Below are positions 58,198-64,000 of a DNA stretch of 64,000 bases, in pieces. Location of the stretch: assembly GCA_963804645.1 (NCBI GenBank), contig CAWDRG010000009.1, forward strand, positions 1,024,001 to 1,088,000. Reading direction: 5' to 3'. The notes beneath the pieces were generated by a model, which had not been told where the DNA came from, ran no database searches, and worked only from the letters and a program-made list of their open reading frames with translations. This DNA is from an uncultured Bacillota bacterium. GTDB lineage: Bacteria; Sysuimicrobiota; Sysuimicrobiia; Sysuimicrobiales; Segetimicrobiaceae. Positions within the stretch are counted from its first letter, which is position 1; every line of letters starts with the position of its first letter. Made by a program: the position numbers and the translations under genes.

Positions 58198-58404
58198 GCC
58201 GGGTGTTTCGCGGGCAGCATCCCCGCATCCTCGCTGCTCTCCGAGTGGGGCCGCGAGCTGATACGCTTGAGAGGCGTCCGTGGTGCACGATAACGTATGG
58301 ACCGCGCGCTCCACGGCGCGGTGCAGATGGTATTGGCGTGGCTATCGCGAACACCCGAGCCTAGCGGTGCCCGAGGTGCTCGGGTGGACCAAAGGAGGAT
58401 GTTG

Positions 58405-59607
58405 ATGTTCAGACGTGTCGGCGTGGCTATCGTGGTCGTCGTTGCGGTGGGGCTGATGGGATGGGGGCGCCTCGGAGTCGGTCGGGCGGCGGTGCCGGCG
58501 CCGGGGTCGAGACCGGCGGTCCAGGTGGGGATGGTGTACTCACAGACCGGTGCGCTGTCCGGCTACGGCGCGCAGTTTCGCGAGGGCTTCGAGGTGGGTC
58601 TTGCGTATGCGACGTACGGCACCGGAGCCGTCGGCGGACACAAGATCAATGTCACCTGGAACGATGACGCCGGCGATCCGGCCAAGGCGGTCTCGGAGGC
58701 GAAGGATCTGATCGGGCAGGGCGTTAAGGTGCTGTCCGGTCCCGTGAGCTCCGCCGTGGCGCTTCAGGTAGCGCCGCTCGCCGCCCAGAACCACGTGCTG
58801 CTGATCTCCGGCCCCGCGGCCGCCGACGCGGTCACGGGCGTCAACCGCTACACGTTTCGCTCGGGACGGCAGACCTACCAGGACATCCTGACGGCGAAGT
58901 CGTTCGTCGGCGATCTGCGCGGCAAGAAGGTCATGGTCTTCGCGCAGGACTACGCATTCGGTCAGGCGAACGTGGCCGCGGTTCGCACGGTGCTCGGCGG
59001 CGAGGGCGCGCAGGTGAGCCAAGTGCTCGTGCCGCTGAGCGCCAACGACTTTACGCCGTTCGCGCTGCAGGTCACGCAGGCCAAGCCCGATCTGCTGTTC
59101 GTCGCGTGGGCCGGCAGCACCGCGACGGCGATGTGGCAGACGCTCGACCAGCAGGGCGTGTTCTCGGCCACGACCGTGATCACGGGACTCGACCAGCGGT
59201 CGACGTACGCGACCTTCGGGCCGGTGGCCGCGAAGATCGGCTTCCTCTCTCATTACGTCTATCAGGCGCCGCGCAACGGAGTCAACACGTATTTGGTCGA
59301 TGCGCTCAAGAAGAAGGGCGCCGTGCCGGATCTGTTTGACCCCGACGGGTTCGTCGCCGCGCAGATGATCGCGCACGCGGTGCAGATCGCCGACGGCGAC
59401 GACGTCGACAAGATGATCGCGGCGCTCGAGGGATGGAGCTTCGTCGGCCCCAAAGGGGAGCAGTTGGTCCGGGCCGCCGACCACGCCATGCTGCAGCCGA
59501 TGTTTCAGGTGAAACTGGTGAGCGCGGGCGCCGGGTTTGAGCCGCAGCCGGTGAAGACGCTGCTGCTGCAGGACGTGGTGCCTCCGGTTACGCCCTTCAA
59601 GCCCTGA
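58405..59607 (+). CDS. ABC substrate-binding protein (Leu/Ile/Val-type fold)
   Basis: Signal peptide; SQTGALS, GPVSS, SGPAAAD, YTFRSGRQ, QDYAFG, DHAMLQPM. Confidence 0.9.
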   Translation: MFRRVGVAIVVVVAVGLMGWGRLGVGRAAVPAPGSRPAVQVGMVYSQTGALSGYGAQFREGFEVGLAYATYGTGAVGGHKINVTWNDDAGDPAKAVSEAKDLIGQGVKVLSGPVSSAVALQVAPLAAQNHVLLISGPAAADAVTGVNRYTFRSGRQTYQDILTAKSFVGDLRGKKVMVFAQDYAFGQANVAAVRTVLGGEGAQVSQVLVPLSANDFTPFALQVTQAKPDLLFVAWAGSTATAMWQTLDQQGVFSATTVITGLDQRSTYATFGPVAAKIGFLSHYVYQAPRNGVNTYLVDALKKKGAVPDLFDPDGFVAAQMIAHAVQIADGDDVDKMIAALEGWSFVGPKGEQLVRAADHAMLQPMFQVKLVSAGAGFEPQPVKTLLLQDVVPPVTPFKP

Positions 59608-59612
59608 GCGAG

Positions 59613-60410
59613 GTGTCCGTCCCGCCGCGCCCGGATGACGGGGGCGCCGCCGCGACGGCGGCGGCGCCGGTCCTGCGGACCGAGCATCTCCGCTTCCATA
59701 TCGGCGGCGTCATGATCGTGGACGGCGTGTCGCTCGACGTCCGGGCGGGCGAGTTGGTGTCTGTGATCGGGCCGAACGGCGCGGGCAAGACGTCGTTCTT
59801 CAACCTGCTCTCGGGACTCTACCGGCCGACCGGCGGCCGGATCGAGCTGGCCGGCCGGGACGTGACCGGCGCGCCGCCGCCGGATCGGGCGCGCGCCGGG
59901 TTGGGCCGGAGTTTTCAGACGGCCAGCGTGTTTCCGGGGCTCAGCGCGTTCGAGAACGTGCGCCTCGCCGTGCAGCTGCGGAGCGGCGGCGGTCCGCCGT
60001 TCCGTCGGCGGCGCGCCGACCGTGAGGAAGCCGCCCAGGCGCACGACGCGCTCGGGCAGGTCGGCCTCGCGGGGCGCGGCGGCGACCGGGTCGGGACGCT
60101 CAGCCACGCCGACCGGCGGAAGGTTGAGCTCGCGATGCTGGTGGCCGCGCGGTTCGACGTGCTGCTGCTCGACGAGCCGACCGCCGGGCTGAGCGTAGAA
60201 GAGATCCCGATGGTGCTGGCCGTCATCAGAGCCGTCCACCGCGACCGGGGCACGACCGTGCTCATGGTCGAGCACCGGATGGACGTCGTCGGCGAGCTCT
60301 CCGACCGGATCGCGGTGATGCATCACGGCCGGCTGCTGAGCTATGGCCCGCCCGCTGAGGTCATGGCCGATCCCGCGGTCCGGGAGGCGTACCTCGGAGC
60401 CGCGCCGTGA
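59613..60410 (+). CDS. livG: Branched-chain-type ABC ATP-binding protein
   Basis: GPNGAGKT, RSFQ, LSHA, LDEPTAG, VEH, AYLG. Confidence 0.92.
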   Translation: MSVPPRPDDGGAAATAAAPVLRTEHLRFHIGGVMIVDGVSLDVRAGELVSVIGPNGAGKTSFFNLLSGLYRPTGGRIELAGRDVTGAPPPDRARAGLGRSFQTASVFPGLSAFENVRLAVQLRSGGGPPFRRRRADREEAAQAHDALGQVGLAGRGGDRVGTLSHADRRKVELAMLVAARFDVLLLDEPTAGLSVEEIPMVLAVIRAVHRDRGTTVLMVEHRMDVVGELSDRIAVMHHGRLLSYGPPAEVMADPAVREAYLGAAP

Positions 60411-61117
60411 CGGCGCTGCTCGAGGTGCGCGGTCTTCGCGTCGCGCTCGGCGGATCGCGCATTCTCGATGACGTCAGCTTCACCGTGCCCGAAGGCGGCG
60501 TGACGGCGCTGCTCGGCCGCAACGGCGCGGGCAAGACCACGACCCTGCGGGCGATCCTGGGGCTCGTCCCGCGGTCCGGGCAGGTCGTCCTCGCCGGTCA
60601 GGACGTGGGCCGGCTCGCCGCGCACGAGGTCGTCCGGCGAGGGATCGGGTACGTGCCGGAGAACCGGGACGTATTCAGCGGGCTCACGGTGGCCGAGAAT
60701 CTTCGGCTCGCCGAGCGCATGCCGCAGCCGCGCTACGGTCTCGTCTACGAGCTCTTCCCGGAGCTGCGCGATCGCGCCGGGCAGCGGGGCGGCACCCTCT
60801 CCGGGGGCCAGCAGCAGATGGTGGCGATTGCCCGCGCGCTCCTGAATCCGAATCGCATCCTGCTGGTCGACGAGCCGACCAAGGGGCTGGCCCCGATGGT
60901 GGTCAGGCGCGTGATCGAGGTGCTGGCCGAGGCGGCCCGGAACGTGACGGTCCTGCTCGTCGAGCAGAATCTGGAGGCGGCCCGGGGACTCGCCCGGCAC
61001 GCGATCGTGCTCGATCATGGGACGACCGCGTACGCGGGTCCGTTCGCCGCGCTGGCCGGCGACGCCGAACGCATCCACCGGCATCTCGGCGTGGCGCTCG
61101 CACCGGCGGACCCATGA
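60407..61117 (+). CDS. livF: Branched-chain-type ABC ATP-binding protein
   Basis: GRNGAGKT, LSGGQQQM, DEPTKGLAP, VEQN. Confidence 0.92.
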   Translation: MTALLEVRGLRVALGGSRILDDVSFTVPEGGVTALLGRNGAGKTTTLRAILGLVPRSGQVVLAGQDVGRLAAHEVVRRGIGYVPENRDVFSGLTVAENLRLAERMPQPRYGLVYELFPELRDRAGQRGGTLSGGQQQMVAIARALLNPNRILLVDEPTKGLAPMVVRRVIEVLAEAARNVTVLLVEQNLEAARGLARHAIVLDHGTTAYAGPFAALAGDAERIHRHLGVALAPADP

Positions 61118-62007
61118 CCACGGTCGTCCTCCTCGGGGTGACCGGGCTCGGTCTCGGCGCGCTCTATTTTCTGATGGCCTCGGGGCTCTCGCTGACCTAC
61201 GGCCTGCTGCGCGTCCTGAACTTCGCCCACGGCGTGTTCCTCACAGCGGGGGCCTACACGGCGTGGCTGATCGCGTCGCGGATCGGCGGTCCGGACGGCG
61301 TCCGCGACGCGGCCGCCGTCGCCGGCGCGATCGTGGTCGGGGGGATCCTCGCGGCCGCCGTCGAGCTGGCGCTGATCCGCCCGCTGTACCGGCGGCACAT
61401 CGAGCAGGTGCTCGCCACGGTCGGCGTGGCGCTCGCGCTCGGGGCGCTGGCCGAGGGGATCTTCGGCGCCGACGCGAGACCGGTTCCGGTCCCCGCCTGG
61501 ATGCGGGGCGTGACGCCGGTGCTGGGTGCCGCGGTGCCGAACAGCCGGTTCGTGACGATCGCCGCCGCGCTGCTCGTCCTGGCCGGTCTCGGCGCGTTCC
61601 TGCGCTTCACGCGCTGGGGGCTCGTGGTCCGGGCCGGCGTCGAGAACCGGGAGATGGTGCGGGCCCTCGGCATCGACGTGCAGCGCGCGTTCACCCTCGT
61701 CTTCACGCTCGGCGGGGTCGCCGCCGCGCTCGGCGGCGCGCTGAGCGATGGGTACTTCGGGACCGTGGACCCGCAGCGCGGGACCGCGATGCTCATCTAC
61801 GCGTTCATCGTGGTCGTGATCGGCGGGCTGGGGTCGATCGTCGGGTCGGCGGCGGCCGCGGTGCTGGTCGGGCTCCTCCAGCAGTTCGCCAACTACTACG
61901 GGTCGGTCTGGTGGGGCTTTCCGTCGGCGGGGGACCTCGCGATCGTGCTGCTGCTCATCGTGGTGCTGCTCGTGCGTCCGCGGGGGCTCGCCGGAGGCCC
62001 GGGATGA
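61114..62007 (+). CDS. livH: Branched-chain-type ABC permease
   Basis: ASGLSLTYG, LNFAHG, IGGLGS, RPRGL. Confidence 0.92.
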   Translation: MTTVVLLGVTGLGLGALYFLMASGLSLTYGLLRVLNFAHGVFLTAGAYTAWLIASRIGGPDGVRDAAAVAGAIVVGGILAAAVELALIRPLYRRHIEQVLATVGVALALGALAEGIFGADARPVPVPAWMRGVTPVLGAAVPNSRFVTIAAALLVLAGLGAFLRFTRWGLVVRAGVENREMVRALGIDVQRAFTLVFTLGGVAAALGGALSDGYFGTVDPQRGTAMLIYAFIVVVIGGLGSIVGSAAAAVLVGLLQQFANYYGSVWWGFPSAGDLAIVLLLIVVLLVRPRGLAGGPG

Positions 62008-63065
62008 CGCGCGGCCGCGTGCTGGCCGGTCTCGCGGTGGCGCTCGCGGCGGTGCCGTTCGTGCCGGCGCGCATCCCGGGGATCTTCCCGGCGCCGCTCA
62101 ACGCGCCCGGCACGCTCCAGCTGCTCGCGCTCTGCCTGGTGTTCGGCGCGGTCGCCCTCAGCTACGACCTGCTCTTTGGGTACACCGGCCTGCTGTCGTT
62201 CGGGCACGCCCTGTTCTTCTCCGCCGGTGCGTACGCCGTGACCATCGCGCTGTCCCGCTGGCAGTGGCCGCTCGTGCCCGCGCTGGCGCTCGCCGCCGCG
62301 GTGGGTCTCGTCCTGCCGCTCGCGCTCGGGGCGGTCGCGCTCCGGGTCCGGGGGATCGCGTTCGCGATGGTGACCCTGGCGTTTGCGCAGGCCGGGTCGA
62401 TTCTGGTGTACAGCAACCCCGGGGGCCTGACCGGCGGCGAGGAGGGCCTCGGACTCGTGGTGGACCGGCTGCCCGCCCAGCTCATCGGCGTGGCGAACAC
62501 CCGGTACCTGTACTGGATCGCGCTCGCGTACCTGATCGTCGCGTGCCTCGCGGCCTGGGGCGCCGTCGCCTCGCGTCCGGGCCGCATCTGGCCGGCCATA
62601 CGGGAGAACGAGCTGCGGGTGGAGGTGCTCGGGGCGCACACATACCCGTTCAAGCTGTTGAGCTTCGTCGTCGGCTGCGGGCTCGCCGCGATCGGAGGGG
62701 TCGTGTACGTCCTGCTGGTCGGGGGCGCGTCGCCTTCGATCACGACCGCCGCCCTCAGCCTGGCCCTGCTGGTCATGGTGGTGCTCGGCGGCGCCGGCAG
62801 CCTGTGGGGCGCGGTGCTCGGCGGCGCGCTCTACGAGTACCTCGACTTCCGTCTCGTGGCGCTCGCCGGGTCGTCGGGGATCCACGCGCTGCCGGCGTGG
62901 TTGAGCGTCCCGCTCGGCGAGCCGCTGTTCATCCTGGGGATCTTCTTCATCCTGCTGGTGCTGTTCTTCCCCGGCGGGATCGCGGCGGTGCCGGGCCGGT
63001 ACCGGATGGCGCGTGCCGCCGCCTCGGACGGGCGCCGGGTCCCCGGTGCGAGCAGCGCCCCATGA
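62004..63065 (+). CDS. livM: Branched-chain-type ABC permease
   Basis: GYTGLLSFGHA, FAMVTLAFAQ, TGGEEG, AIRENE, LGGAGS, PGGI. Confidence 0.92.
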   Translation: MTRGRVLAGLAVALAAVPFVPARIPGIFPAPLNAPGTLQLLALCLVFGAVALSYDLLFGYTGLLSFGHALFFSAGAYAVTIALSRWQWPLVPALALAAAVGLVLPLALGAVALRVRGIAFAMVTLAFAQAGSILVYSNPGGLTGGEEGLGLVVDRLPAQLIGVANTRYLYWIALAYLIVACLAAWGAVASRPGRIWPAIRENELRVEVLGAHTYPFKLLSFVVGCGLAAIGGVVYVLLVGGASPSITTAALSLALLVMVVLGGAGSLWGAVLGGALYEYLDFRLVALAGSSGIHALPAWLSVPLGEPLFILGIFFILLVLFFPGGIAAVPGRYRMARAAASDGRRVPGASSAP

Positions 63066-63910
63066 CCGGGGAGCGCGCGGGGCGCGAGATCGATTTCCGG
63101 ACCGGCGGCGGCCGCCTGCACGCGCTGACATGGGGCCCCGCCGCCGGCGATCCTGTGCTGTGCCTGCCCGGACTGACGGCCAATGCCCGCGGCTTCGACC
63201 TCATTTGCGAGCGTCTGGCCGCCGCCGGCCTGCGCGCCGTGGCGCTGGACCTGCGGGGGCGCGGGCGCAGTGAGGTGACGCCGCCGGGAACCTACGGGTG
63301 GGAGGCGCACGCGCGCGACGTGCTGGAGGTCGCGGCGGCGTGTGGGCCCCGGCGCGTCGGCATCATCGGCTGGTCGATGGGCGCGTTTGTCGCGATGCAG
63401 GCGGCGCGGACCGCGCCCGGGCGCATCGCCCGCACCGTCCTCATCGACGCGTGCGGGCAGCCGCCCGACGACGCGATGCCACTGATCCGCCGCGCGGTCG
63501 ACCGGCTGGGCGCGTCGTACCCGTCCGCGGACGAGTACCTCGCGCGGCTCCGGACGCTGGGGACGATCACCCCCTGGCATCCGCTGTGGGACGGGTACTT
63601 TCGGTACGAGCTGGTCACCGCCGCCGACGGCGTGCGCGCCCGCACGAGCGCCGAGGCGGTGCTGGAGGACCTAGCGTACGGAGACGCCCACGACCCACGC
63701 GCGCTGTGGCCGGCGCTCGACATGCCGACGCTGCTGCTTCGCGCCGCGCGGCCGCTGGTGCCGGACGGTCCGTGGATCGTGCCTCCCGAAGATCGCGACG
63801 CGTTCGCGCGAGCCGTACCGGGCGCCGAGGTCCTGGAGGTCGACGCGAACCACTACGGGATCGTCACGCATCCAGCGGCGCCCGAGGCGATCGCGCGGTT
63901 CTTCGGGTAG
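63062..63910 (+). CDS. Alpha/beta-fold hydrolase
   Basis: PGLTAN, DLRGRGRS, GWSMG nucleophile elbow, DANHY; ATGA overlap with the permease. Confidence 0.9.
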   Translation: MTGERAGREIDFRTGGGRLHALTWGPAAGDPVLCLPGLTANARGFDLICERLAAAGLRAVALDLRGRGRSEVTPPGTYGWEAHARDVLEVAAACGPRRVGIIGWSMGAFVAMQAARTAPGRIARTVLIDACGQPPDDAMPLIRRAVDRLGASYPSADEYLARLRTLGTITPWHPLWDGYFRYELVTAADGVRARTSAEAVLEDLAYGDAHDPRALWPALDMPTLLLRAARPLVPDGPWIVPPEDRDAFARAVPGAEVLEVDANHYGIVTHPAAPEAIARFFG

Positions 63911-64000
63911 GAGGGCCGCGCCGCGTAGCCCCGCGGCCGTCGGCGGCGTCAGTGCGAGGCAGCGCCTGCGGGCAAACCGCGCGGCGTCTCCCGTCGGCCG

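Noticed and set aside
63949..64000. Possible 3' end of a minus-strand gene at the right edge
   Set aside because: Too short to support any call.

Overview
High-GC bacterial chromosomal window with about 60 genes, mostly ordinary metabolism and transport. It holds five ABC systems, an oxidative pentose-phosphate operon (gntK-tkt-tal-gnd-zwf), a DUF72-ligD repair pair, a gamma-glutamylation-type amine catabolism locus, and several amidohydrolases, amidases and GNATs. I found no rRNA, tRNA, CRISPR array, integrase or transposase. The main finding is at the left edge and is absent from the ORF track because the gene has no stop codon inside the window. Hand translation of the minus strand from about 1346 to 1 gives a fused RRE-like + E1/ThiF-like + YcaO cyclodehydratase. 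Directly upstream is a 67-aa ORF with a strong RBS and a CxxCxxCxxC tract, so this is a candidate azol(in)e RiPP cluster that continues beyond the window. Other notable items: a cI/cro-like divergent XRE switch with mappable promoters and operators but no phage; a secreted Tyr-rich protein with about 13 tandem 45-bp repeats; a secreted coiled-coil protein with Asp every seventh residue; three DUF3830 domains beside a decayed transporter gene; a GatC/AtzG-like microprotein with an amidase; and a Cys-motif two-gene module. Several single-base indels suggest long-read consensus errors. All family names come from motif recognition by eye, not from database searches.
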